Below, one piece after another: positions 1 to 8,637 of a DNA stretch of 27,471 bases. This DNA is from a virus (lineage: Duplodnaviria > Caudoviricetes), in the IMG/VR virus record IMGVR_UViG_3300046103_003260, positions 1 through 27,471 of that record; one strand, given 5' to 3'. Numbering within the stretch: the stretch's first letter is position 1; the number at the start of each line of letters is the position of its first letter. A program made the position numbers and the translations under genes. The notes beneath the pieces are model-generated. The model made no database searches, was not told the origin of the DNA, and was given only the letters and a program-made list of their open reading frames with translations.

Positions 1-246
1 GAACCTGTATGGCAGGATATGAGAGCTAGGTATGTTGGGACATGGAAGCTTCCTGAGATAATGAGGACCAATATTCTTGAGATGAGAGATTATCTAGGAG
101 ATATGGTAGATCCATTAAAGGTTCGTAGAAGTCTTAATTATCTTACAAGTTCAGCATTTAGAATTGGCATTATAAGTAGTCCAGAAATATCCGAGCTTAG
201 GGATGAGGTTAGAGTTGCATATGCAAAATTATTAGATCAAGATTAA
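1..246 (+). CDS. hypothetical protein, probably 5'-truncated by the window edge
   Basis: Frame is open from base 1 (GAA CCT GTA TGG CAG GAT ATG...) to TAA at 244-246. Next gene starts at 248. No recognisable motif. Confidence 0.6.
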   Translation, partial: EPVWQDMRARYVGTWKLPEIMRTNILEMRDYLGDMVDPLKVRRSLNYLTSSAFRIGIISSPEISELRDEVRVAYAKLLDQD

Positions 247-247
247 T

Positions 248-697
248 ATGGTATGGATCCCTTTGAAAAATGGCGATGGCCAGGTATTAAAAAATATTAA
301 ATTAAAAGCACCTAAGGGTGGTATAGTATATATTGATGATAAAGAGATTAAATTGGATAAGCCAGAGGAGTATACGGTTATTGGATCCAAAAGAGAAGGT
401 ATTAATAGATATAAATTATTTTTATCAGATGGATCTTATACAATGAATCATCATGTAAGAAAAACGGTAAATAGAAGTGGTTGGGAGATAATTGGCAAAT
501 GGCATAGTCCTGAACATATAGCAGAGTTATTTGGATCTCGATTTGATCCTGATGCGAATAAGCCACGACCACAACGGGAATCGTTTTGGAAAATGCAATC
601 AAGACCGGGTTCGCATAATCACCGGCAAAAAAAAAGGTTAATGGAATTACCTGAATATCAAAAATTCAATAAATATTTTGGAACAACAATAATATGA
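248..697 (+). CDS. hypothetical protein
   Basis: 149-aa ORF tightly packed between neighbours, with an ATGA overlap into the next gene. No motif recognised. Confidence 0.7.
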   Translation: MVWIPLKNGDGQVLKNIKLKAPKGGIVYIDDKEIKLDKPEEYTVIGSKREGINRYKLFLSDGSYTMNHHVRKTVNRSGWEIIGKWHSPEHIAELFGSRFDPDANKPRPQRESFWKMQSRPGSHNHRQKKRLMELPEYQKFNKYFGTTII

Positions 698-1041
698 ATA
701 TAAAATTAATTTTAATAAGTAGCGCGCTATTCTTCGTTACACAGACTTTAGTATGGCTTCAAATAAATGGCCAATTTGTATGGAAATGGTTTGAGAAGAA
801 TCCAATAACACTATCTCTATTAGGAATACCTATTAGTTATTTGTTTATAATAGCCACTAAAATGGCATATGAAGGATTTAATGGTTTACTATGGCCACAG
901 AGATTAGTAGTATTCGCATTAGGCATGGTATCATTTGCATTTTTAACATGGTGGTTTATGGGTGAACCATTAAACACAAAAACATGGGTATCTCTTGGGT
1001 TAGCAACATGCATGGTATTAATACAGGTATTTTGGAAATAG
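694..1041 (+). CDS. small integral membrane protein (about 4 TM helices, SMR/DMT-like architecture)
   Basis: 115 aa with four hydrophobic segments. The C-terminal 'FMGEPLNTKTWVSLGL' resembles the F-x-E-x-L...G pattern of DMT/SMR proteins. Confidence 0.6.
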   Translation: MNIKLILISSALFFVTQTLVWLQINGQFVWKWFEKNPITLSLLGIPISYLFIIATKMAYEGFNGLLWPQRLVVFALGMVSFAFLTWWFMGEPLNTKTWVSLGLATCMVLIQVFWK

Positions 1042-1607
1042 AAAATATACAAACATATTTAAGAAAGTCTATGCCTAAATCTATAGAGGTAGCTAAAGGT
1101 ATTATGCAACGCGGAGTTGGTGATATTGTAGAGGCCCATGTTAGGCAATTGATAATTGATAATTATCCAAATGCTAAATATCCATCTAGCCCTAGGAGTA
1201 TCGAGGATGTTGAGATACGCTCAGGTAATAATATATTAAAATTAGATATTAAAACACATAATTTGGATGCATCATTCTCTAGACCTAATTTAATATCAAT
1301 TAAAAGATTAAGCGATTATCTTAAAACACCGGAAAATGAATTAGCGTATATATTCGTATCATATAAATTTGATGATGATAGTATACGTATATATAGCATT
1401 AATATAGCTCATATTGAGCATCTAAAATGGGATTGCTTATCGATAGGTAATTTAGGAAAAGGCCAGCTACAAGTAAATAATATGCACAGCCTTGAATTCG
1501 ATTATAATCAAAAACGTACAGTGTGGATAGATATCTTCAAGGATGAGGTTATCCTATACTACAATAAATTAACAGAAAAAATAGAAAAATGGAAAAAAAG
1601 TTTTTAG
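1032..1607 (+). CDS. PD-(D/E)xK nuclease, type II restriction-endonuclease-like
   Basis: Helix Glu (GDIVE), then 'SIEDVEI' and 'LDIKT', match the E...D...(D/E)xK catalytic layout. Start is uncertain: TTG 1032 or ATG 1071; the ORF track start at 984 overlaps the upstream gene. Confidence 0.6.
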   Translation: MEIENIQTYLRKSMPKSIEVAKGIMQRGVGDIVEAHVRQLIIDNYPNAKYPSSPRSIEDVEIRSGNNILKLDIKTHNLDASFSRPNLISIKRLSDYLKTPENELAYIFVSYKFDDDSIRIYSINIAHIEHLKWDCLSIGNLGKGQLQVNNMHSLEFDYNQKRTVWIDIFKDEVILYYNKLTEKIEKWKKSF

Positions 1608-1615
1608 GTTATCCG

Positions 1616-1645
1616 TTGGATCCTAAGGAATTTTTTTGTATATTA
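1616..1645 (+). promoter_or_regulatory. putative promoter TTG-N20-TATATTA upstream of SSB
   Basis: TTG at 1616 and TATATT at 1639. The same bipartite motif recurs at six other gene junctions. Confidence 0.7.
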
Positions 1646-1683
1646 TAATATAATTGAGAACGTAACTAACTATTTATTATTAG

Positions 1684-1730
1684 TAACAATTAACAATTAA
1701 AACAAATTTTATTAACAATTAACAATTAAA
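1684..1730 (+). repeat. 18-nt perfect direct repeat TAACAATTAACAATTAAA (x2) in the G-free SSB leader
   Basis: Copies at 1684-1701 and 1713-1730, directly before the GAGG Shine-Dalgarno of the SSB gene. Confidence 0.85.
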
Positions 1731-1741
1731 GAGGAAAAATT

Positions 1742-2512
1742 ATGGCATTAGATTTAGATGCAATCCGAAAAAAGCTATCCGGCTTACAAAACCAAACAGG
1801 TAGACAAAATCATTTATGGAAACCTGAACCAGGTAAACAAACAGTGAGAATAGTACCTTACCAGTACGACAAAGACAATCCGTTCCTAGAACTTTATTTC
1901 CATTATGGATTTAATGGTAAGAACTTCTTATCACCAGTAACTCATGGAGAGGCAGATCCTATAGTAGAATTTGCTGAGAAATTGAAAGCTACAGGTAATA
2001 GAGATGATTGGCAAATGTCAAGAAAGCTTGAACCTAAAATGAGAACCTATGTTCCTGTTCTAGTAAGAGGTCAAGAATCAGAAGGTGTAAAATTATGGGG
2101 CTTTGGTAAGACAGTTTACCAAGAACTATTAAGCTTCATAGCTGATCCAGATTATGGAGATATTACAGATGTAAATGCAGGACGCGATATTACGGTTGAT
2201 TTTAAGACAGCAGAAGAAACAGGAAAACAATTTCCATCTACTTCAATTAGAATTAAACCTAATCAAACAGCAGCTACAGATAATAAGGAAGTTGCAGAGA
2301 AAATTATGAATGGTCAAAAGGATATTTTCGAAATATTCAAGAAAGGTTCATATGAAGATCTGAAACAATCACTTGCAGAATGGTTAGATCCAGATGGTGA
2401 TAATAGTGCTCAACCAAAGACAGCTCCAGTATCTACAACTACTGCAGCAACTCAGAATACCAAAAAGGTAGATGATGTGGGTGCAGCATTTGACGAATTA
2501 TTTAACAATTAA
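1742..2512 (+). CDS. single-stranded DNA-binding protein (T4 gp32-like)
   Basis: 'WKP...VRIVP...PF...FHY', 'GVKLWGFGKTVY', 'DITD...GRD' motifs and acidic C-terminal tail 'DDVGAAFDELFNN'. Adjacent to UvsX. Confidence 0.88.
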   Translation: MALDLDAIRKKLSGLQNQTGRQNHLWKPEPGKQTVRIVPYQYDKDNPFLELYFHYGFNGKNFLSPVTHGEADPIVEFAEKLKATGNRDDWQMSRKLEPKMRTYVPVLVRGQESEGVKLWGFGKTVYQELLSFIADPDYGDITDVNAGRDITVDFKTAEETGKQFPSTSIRIKPNQTAATDNKEVAEKIMNGQKDIFEIFKKGSYEDLKQSLAEWLDPDGDNSAQPKTAPVSTTTAATQNTKKVDDVGAAFDELFNN

Positions 2513-2523
2513 TAGGGAGAGTT

Positions 2524-3657
2524 ATGGCAAAGAAAAAAGCAGATGTAAGGGATGACCTAGCTAGTGTATTAGCTACAAGTCTAAATAAACAATTTAAGGG
2601 TTATAAAGTCGCATACTTTTTAGATGGTTCAGAAGAAACACCGACAGATTTAACCGAATTTATCTCTACAGGATCAGCTACGCTTGATTTGGCTATATCT
2701 AATAGAAAAAATGGTGGAATACCGGTTGGTAGAATCACAGAATTAACTGGTCTAGAAGCTTCAGGTAAATCATTACTTGCAGGTCATATTTTAGCTAATA
2801 CTCAGAAGAAAGGTGGACTAGCAGTTTTCATTGATACTGAAAATGCATGTAATGAGGAATTTTTACGTTGTATTGGAGTTGATACTGGCGAAATGTTATA
2901 TATTCAATTAGAAACAATTGAGGATATATTCGAGGTAATTGAAAACATTATAGCTAAGACACGAGAATCTAATAAAGATCGATTAGTAACAATTGTCGTA
3001 GATTCAGTAGCAGCGGCTACTACAAGAGTCGAACAAGAAGCTGACTATTCTAAGGATGGATGGGCTACAAGTAAGGCAATTGTATTATCAAAAGCAATGC
3101 GTAAGATTACACAATTACTTGGTAGAAATAAGGTTACACTTATATTTACTAATCAACTAAGAGTTAAGCTGGGTGTTATGTTTGGGGATCCATATACAAC
3201 ATCAGGTGGTAAAGCTATTGGATTCCATGCTTCATGTAGATTACGTTTACAAGCGGCTGGACAGATTAAACAAAAAGGTGCAGTAGTAGCTTTGGATAAG
3301 GTAATTGGTATAAAGACAAAGGCTAAGATTATTAAAAATCGTATGGGACCACCTTTAAGAGTAGCTGAATTTGATATTTTCTTTGATAAGGGGATAGATG
3401 ATTATGGTGGATGGTTAACATTAATGAAGAACCATAAATTGGTTACTCAATCTGGAGCATGGTATGGATATACCGATGAATCAGGTAAAGCACATAAATT
3501 TTTATCTAAGGATTGGGAATCAATAGTTACTAGTGATGAAGCCTTAAAAGATGAAATCTACAGTAAAATGTGCAGTGCTGCAATAATGGAATACAAATCT
3601 GATGAATTAGGTATCGATGATATCGAACTATCAGATGAACCAGTACCTGAAGGATAG
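2524..3657 (+). CDS. recA: RecA/UvsX recombinase
   Basis: 'STGSATLDLA', Walker A 'GLEASGKS', 'FIDTE', Walker B 'IVVDSVAA', 'IFTNQLR', 'TSGGKAIGFHASCRL', 'KNRMGPP'. Confidence 0.96.
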   Translation: MAKKKADVRDDLASVLATSLNKQFKGYKVAYFLDGSEETPTDLTEFISTGSATLDLAISNRKNGGIPVGRITELTGLEASGKSLLAGHILANTQKKGGLAVFIDTENACNEEFLRCIGVDTGEMLYIQLETIEDIFEVIENIIAKTRESNKDRLVTIVVDSVAAATTRVEQEADYSKDGWATSKAIVLSKAMRKITQLLGRNKVTLIFTNQLRVKLGVMFGDPYTTSGGKAIGFHASCRLRLQAAGQIKQKGAVVALDKVIGIKTKAKIIKNRMGPPLRVAEFDIFFDKGIDDYGGWLTLMKNHKLVTQSGAWYGYTDESGKAHKFLSKDWESIVTSDEALKDEIYSKMCSAAIMEYKSDELGIDDIELSDEPVPEG

Positions 3658-3660
3658 CAT

Positions 3661-4707
3661 ATGAATAACAACAAGTATTTTTCTATATTAGAAACATTAC
3701 AGGAAAACACCTCAAAACCAACAGGACTCAATGATAGAGTCTTGTTGGTAGATGGGTTGAATACATTCATAAGAGCTTGGGCAGTATCACCAGTAACAAA
3801 TGATGATGGAATTCATGTAGGAGGAATTTCAGGTTCATTATTATCTATTGGATATGCTATTAAAAATATAAAACCTACAAGGGTTATATTATGCTTTGAT
3901 GGTAAAGGTGGAAGCCAAAGACGTAGAAAATTATATCCAGGTTATAAAGGTAATAGAAAACCTACATCAAATTTGAATAGAGCATTTGTAGGCAGTGATG
4001 ATAAGGCAGCCCAAAGAAAGAATATGGGAATGCAATTAGCACGTTTAGTAAATTATATGGATAACCTACCAGTATCAATACTATCATTAGATAATATTGA
4101 AGCTGATGATACAATAGCGTATATTAGTAAACAGGTATTAAAGGATTCACAATGTTTTATAATGTCATCAGATAAGGATTTCCTACAATTGGTGGATGAT
4201 AGAATAACCGTATGGAGTCCAACTAAAAAGAAATTATATTTTAAGGGCGATGTTCTATCCGATACAGGTATTCCAGCTCATAATTTCTTATTATACAGAA
4301 CCTTAACAGGTGATAAATCGGATAATATTCCTGGTATTAAAGGAGCAGGTCTTAAAACACTGCAAAAACGAATGCCAATTTTATTTGAAGATAGGGTAGT
4401 AACAGCAGAGGAGGTATTAAAGGCCGCTGAGGATTCCGATATTAAAATATTACAAAAGATTTGTAGTAGCAAGGATCAAATTGAATTAAATCACAAGCTA
4501 ATGCAATTATATGAAGTAGATATCTCAGGAACAGCTAAAGAGAAGATACGTAATATAGTTGATGAGCATGTTAATCCATTAAATGTACATAAATTTAAGC
4601 TTATGTTGATGGAAGATAGACTTACTACAATTATTAGAAATCTTGATTTTTGGTTACGTGAAACATTCACATCATTAGATGCATTTGCAAAACAAAGTGC
4701 CAAATAA
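3661..4707 (+). CDS. 5'-3' exonuclease / flap endonuclease (T4 RNase H-like)
   Basis: 'LLVDGLNTFIR', 'YKGNR', 'EADDTIA', 'SSDKDFLQL' and H3TH 'GDKSDNIPGIKGAGLKT'. Confidence 0.93.
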   Translation: MNNNKYFSILETLQENTSKPTGLNDRVLLVDGLNTFIRAWAVSPVTNDDGIHVGGISGSLLSIGYAIKNIKPTRVILCFDGKGGSQRRRKLYPGYKGNRKPTSNLNRAFVGSDDKAAQRKNMGMQLARLVNYMDNLPVSILSLDNIEADDTIAYISKQVLKDSQCFIMSSDKDFLQLVDDRITVWSPTKKKLYFKGDVLSDTGIPAHNFLLYRTLTGDKSDNIPGIKGAGLKTLQKRMPILFEDRVVTAEEVLKAAEDSDIKILQKICSSKDQIELNHKLMQLYEVDISGTAKEKIRNIVDEHVNPLNVHKFKLMLMEDRLTTIIRNLDFWLRETFTSLDAFAKQSAK

Positions 4708-4708
4708 T

Positions 4709-4738
4709 TTGGTTTATCCAATAAATTTTACTATATTA
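4709..4738 (+). promoter_or_regulatory. putative promoter TTG-N20-TATATTA upstream of the helicase
   Basis: TTG at 4709 and TATATT at 4732, intergenic. Confidence 0.65.
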
Positions 4739-4743
4739 ACTAT

Positions 4744-6099
4744 ATGACAGATACATTTAGCAAATTCGGGTACTCTTTCCAAATAAAGCTCCTAGCAGCC
4801 TTATTCAAAGATAAATTATTTCTACAACAAATTGGCGATATCCTAGATCCATCATTTATGGAATCAGAGGCAAATCAATGGATTGTAAAGATAGTATTAG
4901 ATTATTTTGTAGAATTTAATGCATTACCTACATTAGAGGTTATGAAGGTCAAGCTTATTGATGTAGAAGATGAGTTATTAAAGGCTACTATAATTGATAA
5001 TCTAAAACAGATATTGAAGCATACTGATGCTCCTGATATAGAATTTATTGAAAAGGAAGCATTAGATTTTTGTAAGAATCAAACCTTAAAGACAGCAATT
5101 ATGGATTCTGTTAATTTGTTACAAGCAGGAGAATATGATTCAATAAAGGAAAAAATTGATACTGCTATGAAAGCAGGAGCTGAGAGAGATATCGGTCATG
5201 AATATAATATTGATGTAGATTCAAGATTTTTAGAAAGCACAAGAAAATGTGTACCTTCAGGCTGGTCCGTAATAGATGATTTAATGGATGGTGGATTAGG
5301 TCCTGGTGAATTGGGTGTATTTGTAGCTCCTGCAGGAATTGGTAAATCATGGGGATTAGTTAATGTAGCTGCTAATGCCGTTAAATCTGGATTATGTGCA
5401 GTGCATTATACATTAGAACTAAATGATGCTTATGTTGGACTAAGATTCGATTCGGTATTCTCTGGTATTGCAGCACAAAATTTGAAGTATCATATTGATG
5501 ATGTTAAAGATGTAGTAGAGAAGTTGGAAGGTAGATTGGTAGTTAAATACTATCCAACTAAATCAGCAACAGTAAATACGATTAAAGCTCATTTAGATAG
5601 GGTTCATATGATGGGTTACAAACCAGATTTAATAGTAGTGGATTATGCCGATCTATTAAGAGGAGCAGGAAAATCACAAGATCTAAGACACGAACTAGGA
5701 AATATTTACGAAGATCTAAGGGGAATGGCGGGAGAATACCAGATCCCAGTATGGACAGCATCTCAAGCTAATAGATCCTCATTAGAGGATGATGTTATTG
5801 GAGCAGAGAAGATTGCTGAATCATACAGTAAAATAATGACAGCTGATTTTGTATTATCATTATCAAGAAAGATAGAAGATAAGATAGCAGGTACAGGAAG
5901 ATGGCATGTCATCAAAAATCGTTTTGGACCGGATGGGATAACCTTTCCAAGTAAGATGAATACATCAAATGGTCAAATTGATATATATGACGAAGGATCA
6001 CTACAAGGAAAAAGCGCCCAAAAACAAATGGACGGTGGTGAGGAAGCAGGAAGAAAATATTTACAAAATAAGTTTAAGGAACTAGAAGGTAATGTATAA
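4744..6099 (+). CDS. dnaB: replicative DNA helicase (DnaB / T4 gp41 family)
   Basis: Walker A 'APAGIGKS', 'YTLEL', Walker B 'IVVDYADLL', 'WTASQANR', 'IAES', 'IKNRFG'. Confidence 0.94.
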   Translation: MTDTFSKFGYSFQIKLLAALFKDKLFLQQIGDILDPSFMESEANQWIVKIVLDYFVEFNALPTLEVMKVKLIDVEDELLKATIIDNLKQILKHTDAPDIEFIEKEALDFCKNQTLKTAIMDSVNLLQAGEYDSIKEKIDTAMKAGAERDIGHEYNIDVDSRFLESTRKCVPSGWSVIDDLMDGGLGPGELGVFVAPAGIGKSWGLVNVAANAVKSGLCAVHYTLELNDAYVGLRFDSVFSGIAAQNLKYHIDDVKDVVEKLEGRLVVKYYPTKSATVNTIKAHLDRVHMMGYKPDLIVVDYADLLRGAGKSQDLRHELGNIYEDLRGMAGEYQIPVWTASQANRSSLEDDVIGAEKIAESYSKIMTADFVLSLSRKIEDKIAGTGRWHVIKNRFGPDGITFPSKMNTSNGQIDIYDEGSLQGKSAQKQMDGGEEAGRKYLQNKFKELEGNV

Positions 6100-6126
6100 T
6101 TTTTATCTAATTATTAATACAGCTTT

Positions 6127-6152
6127 GGCGAATCATTTTGATTTGCCTTTTT
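6127..6152 (+). terminator. putative intrinsic terminator between helicase and nrdJ
   Basis: Stem GGCGAATCA / TGATTTGCC (9 bp with one G-U pair), TTT loop, followed by TTTTT. Confidence 0.65.
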
Positions 6153-6182
6153 ACTCTACTAAACACTAATAAAGGAGCACAA

Positions 6183-8042
6183 ATGGAAATTTCAACACAA
6201 ATTCTATCGGACATAACTGTCTATATGAAATACGCAAAATACTTACCCGAATTAAATAGAAGGGAAACCTGGGAAGAATTGGTTACACGTAATAAGGCAA
6301 TGCATATTAAACAATATCCTCAATTAGAAGAGGAAATAAATGAAAAATATAAAATGGTGTATGCTAAAAAGGTATTGCCATCTATGCGAAGTATGCAATT
6401 CGCAGGTAAGCCAATTTCAATATCTCCTAACAGGATATATAATTGTGCATATCTTCCAATAGATCATTTAGACTCATTTAGTGAAACAATGTTTTTGTTA
6501 TTAGGAGGAACCGGAGTAGGATTTTCAGTACAAAAGCACCACATAGCCAAATTGCCTGTAATACAAAAACCATATCCAAAAAGGAAAAGACGATTCCTAA
6601 TTGGAGATTCTATAGAAGGATGGGCTGACGCTATAAAGGTTTTAATGAAGTCCTATATGTGTGGTGGCGGTAGTAGAATTGAATTTGACTATTCAGATGT
6701 AAGACCAAAAGGTGCTAAATTAGTAACATCTGGCGGTAAAGCACCAGGACCTCAGCCTCTTAAAGAATGTATTTTGAAGGTTGGTGGTATATTAGAATCA
6801 AAAGATAATGGAACCCGTCTATCAACCCTAGAAGCTCATGATATAGTATGCTATATTGCTGATGCTGTATTAGCTGGTGGTATAAGAAGAGCAGCACTTA
6901 TTAGTTTATTTAGTGCAGATGATAACGAAATGATTTCATGTAAAGCAGGACCTTGGTGGGAATTAAATCCTCAAAGAGGTAGAGCAAATAATTCGGCTTG
7001 TTTAATGAGACATAAAATTACTAAAAAATTCTTTTCTGAAATATGGGATAGAGTTAGATTAAGCGGAGCAGGTGAGCCTGGGATATATTTTAATAACGAT
7101 AAAGATTGGGGAACCAATCCATGTTGCGAAATTGCACTTAGACCTTATCAATTCTGCAATCTTTGTGAGGTTAATGCCAGTGATATAGAATCCCAAGAGG
7201 ATTTAGAAGAAAGAGTAAAGGCAGCAGCATTTATAGGAACACTACAGGCAGGATATACAGATTTCCATTATTTACGAGATATATGGAGAGAGACTACTGA
7301 AAAGGATGCCTTAATAGGTGTTTCAATGACGGGTATAGGATCTGGTACAGTATTAGGATACGATCTTCCTGCAGCGGCTGATAAGGTGAAAAGAGAAAAT
7401 TCAAGAGTATCAAAGTTAATTGGAATAAATAAGGCAGCTAGGACTACAACAGTAAAACCTGCAGGAACAACATCATTAGCATTAGGAACTTCTTCAGGTA
7501 TACATGCATGGCATAATGATTATTATATTAGAAGAATTAGGGTTGGTAAAAATGAATCAATATACACCTACCTAAAGGATAATCATCCAGAACTAGTTGA
7601 GGATGAATATTTCAGGCCACATGATACGGCTGTAATTCAGGTTCCACAAAAAGCCCCTACTGGAGCTATTATGAGAACTGAATCACCATTTCAGCTATTA
7701 GAACGTGTTAAAAAGGTAGCCATGGAATGGGTAACAAGTGGTCATAGAGCTGGATCAAACACTCACAATGTGTCAGCAACAATAAGTCTTAAGGATGATG
7801 ATTGGAATTTAGCAGGAGAATGGATGTGGGAAAATAGAAATCATTATAATGGCCTTTCCGTTTTACCCCATGATGGTGGATCATATACACAAGCACCTTT
7901 TGAAGATATTACAAAGGAACGGTATGATGAATTAATGAAACCATTAGCGGACGTAGATTTAACCAATGTGATAGAGATAGATGATAATACAAATCTTTCT
8001 GGAGAGCTAGCTTGTGCTGGAGGAAGTTGTGAAATCAGTTAA
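6183..8042 (+). CDS. nrdJ: class II (adenosylcobalamin-dependent) ribonucleotide reductase, monomeric RTPR-like
   Basis: 'RRETWEE', 'LPSMRS', 'YNCA', 'GGTGVGFS', 'GGIRRAA', catalytic 'TNPCCEI', 'FCNL', 'TVKPAGT' and C-terminal 'CAGGSCEI'. ATG 6183 follows AAGGAG. No beta subunit gene nearby. Confidence 0.92.
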   Translation: MEISTQILSDITVYMKYAKYLPELNRRETWEELVTRNKAMHIKQYPQLEEEINEKYKMVYAKKVLPSMRSMQFAGKPISISPNRIYNCAYLPIDHLDSFSETMFLLLGGTGVGFSVQKHHIAKLPVIQKPYPKRKRRFLIGDSIEGWADAIKVLMKSYMCGGGSRIEFDYSDVRPKGAKLVTSGGKAPGPQPLKECILKVGGILESKDNGTRLSTLEAHDIVCYIADAVLAGGIRRAALISLFSADDNEMISCKAGPWWELNPQRGRANNSACLMRHKITKKFFSEIWDRVRLSGAGEPGIYFNNDKDWGTNPCCEIALRPYQFCNLCEVNASDIESQEDLEERVKAAAFIGTLQAGYTDFHYLRDIWRETTEKDALIGVSMTGIGSGTVLGYDLPAAADKVKRENSRVSKLIGINKAARTTTVKPAGTTSLALGTSSGIHAWHNDYYIRRIRVGKNESIYTYLKDNHPELVEDEYFRPHDTAVIQVPQKAPTGAIMRTESPFQLLERVKKVAMEWVTSGHRAGSNTHNVSATISLKDDDWNLAGEWMWENRNHYNGLSVLPHDGGSYTQAPFEDITKERYDELMKPLADVDLTNVIEIDDNTNLSGELACAGGSCEIS

Positions 8043-8214
8043 CACGGATTGGATTCAGGATTTATATTATCGTGAATTTCTAAAGCCTAAATTAAAATCA
8101 GATGAATTTTATTGGGAACATGGAAAAATGGTAATGACTGAGATGTATCATAAAAGAAGAGGACAATGTTGCAATTCAAATTGTAAACATTGCCCATATA
8201 AAAATACTAAATAA
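8029..8214 (+). CDS. small cysteine-rich protein (DUF5522-like)
   Basis: C-terminal 'HKRRGQCCNSNCKHCPY' pattern. Likely GTG start at 8029 after GGAGGA. Confidence 0.75.
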   Translation: MKSVNTDWIQDLYYREFLKPKLKSDEFYWEHGKMVMTEMYHKRRGQCCNSNCKHCPYKNTK

Positions 8215-8256
8215 GATAAATGGTTATGTGTACTAATAAACAACGGGGATATTCAA

Positions 8257-8445
8257 ATGGGACACAAGGTATTTATACGACATACTTACATTTATAAATG
8301 CAGTAATAAAAAATGTAAAGAGGAATGGAAAATTAATGAGGCAGATAAATTAGAGAAGTTAACATGTCCTCATTGCGGTAAACAGGATACAGTAGAATAT
8401 GTAATGGTTGACCAAAGAAACAAATACAATAGAAAATGGGAATAA
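8257..8445 (+). CDS. small zinc-ribbon protein
   Basis: 'YKCSNKKC...TCPHCG' double cysteine pair. GGGGA upstream of the ATG. Confidence 0.75.
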   Translation: MGHKVFIRHTYIYKCSNKKCKEEWKINEADKLEKLTCPHCGKQDTVEYVMVDQRNKYNRKWE

Positions 8446-8454
8446 ATATTTATT

Positions 8455-8592
8455 ATGGTTGGAGGTATTGAGTTAATTAAAAGAATGAGAGAAGTTATCA
8501 GGTTTATTAAAGATGGTGATAATGATAAAGCAATTCTATACCTAAAATATATAATAGAGGACATTGAATTGTATAAGAATAATAATTTATAA
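8455..8592 (+). CDS. small hypothetical protein (45 aa, not in the ORF track)
   Basis: Translated by hand: MVGGIELIKRMREVIRFIKDGDNDKAILYLKYIIEDIELYKNNNL*. Fills the gap between neighbours. Confidence 0.55.
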   Translation: MVGGIELIKRMREVIRFIKDGDNDKAILYLKYIIEDIELYKNNNL

Positions 8593-8597
8593 TAAAT

Positions 8598-8627
8598 TAG
8601 GTAGTTAAGATAATTTTTTGTATATTA
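8598..8627 (+). promoter_or_regulatory. putative promoter TAG-N20-TATATTA heading the denV/deazaguanine cluster
   Basis: TAGG at 8598, then TTTTTTG and TATATT at 8621. Confidence 0.65.
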
Positions 8628-8637
8628 AATAATAGTT

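Noticed and set aside
1604-1637. Intrinsic terminator after the nuclease gene (TTAGG-TT-ATCC/GTT/GGAT-CCTAA)
   Set aside because: The stem is bulged and weak, the T-tract is offset by 4 nt, and the sequence is better explained as part of the recurring promoter.
6100-6182. Cobalamin riboswitch ahead of the B12-dependent nrdJ
   Set aside because: The intergenic region is only about 83 nt with one hairpin, and no B12-box-like sequence is visible.
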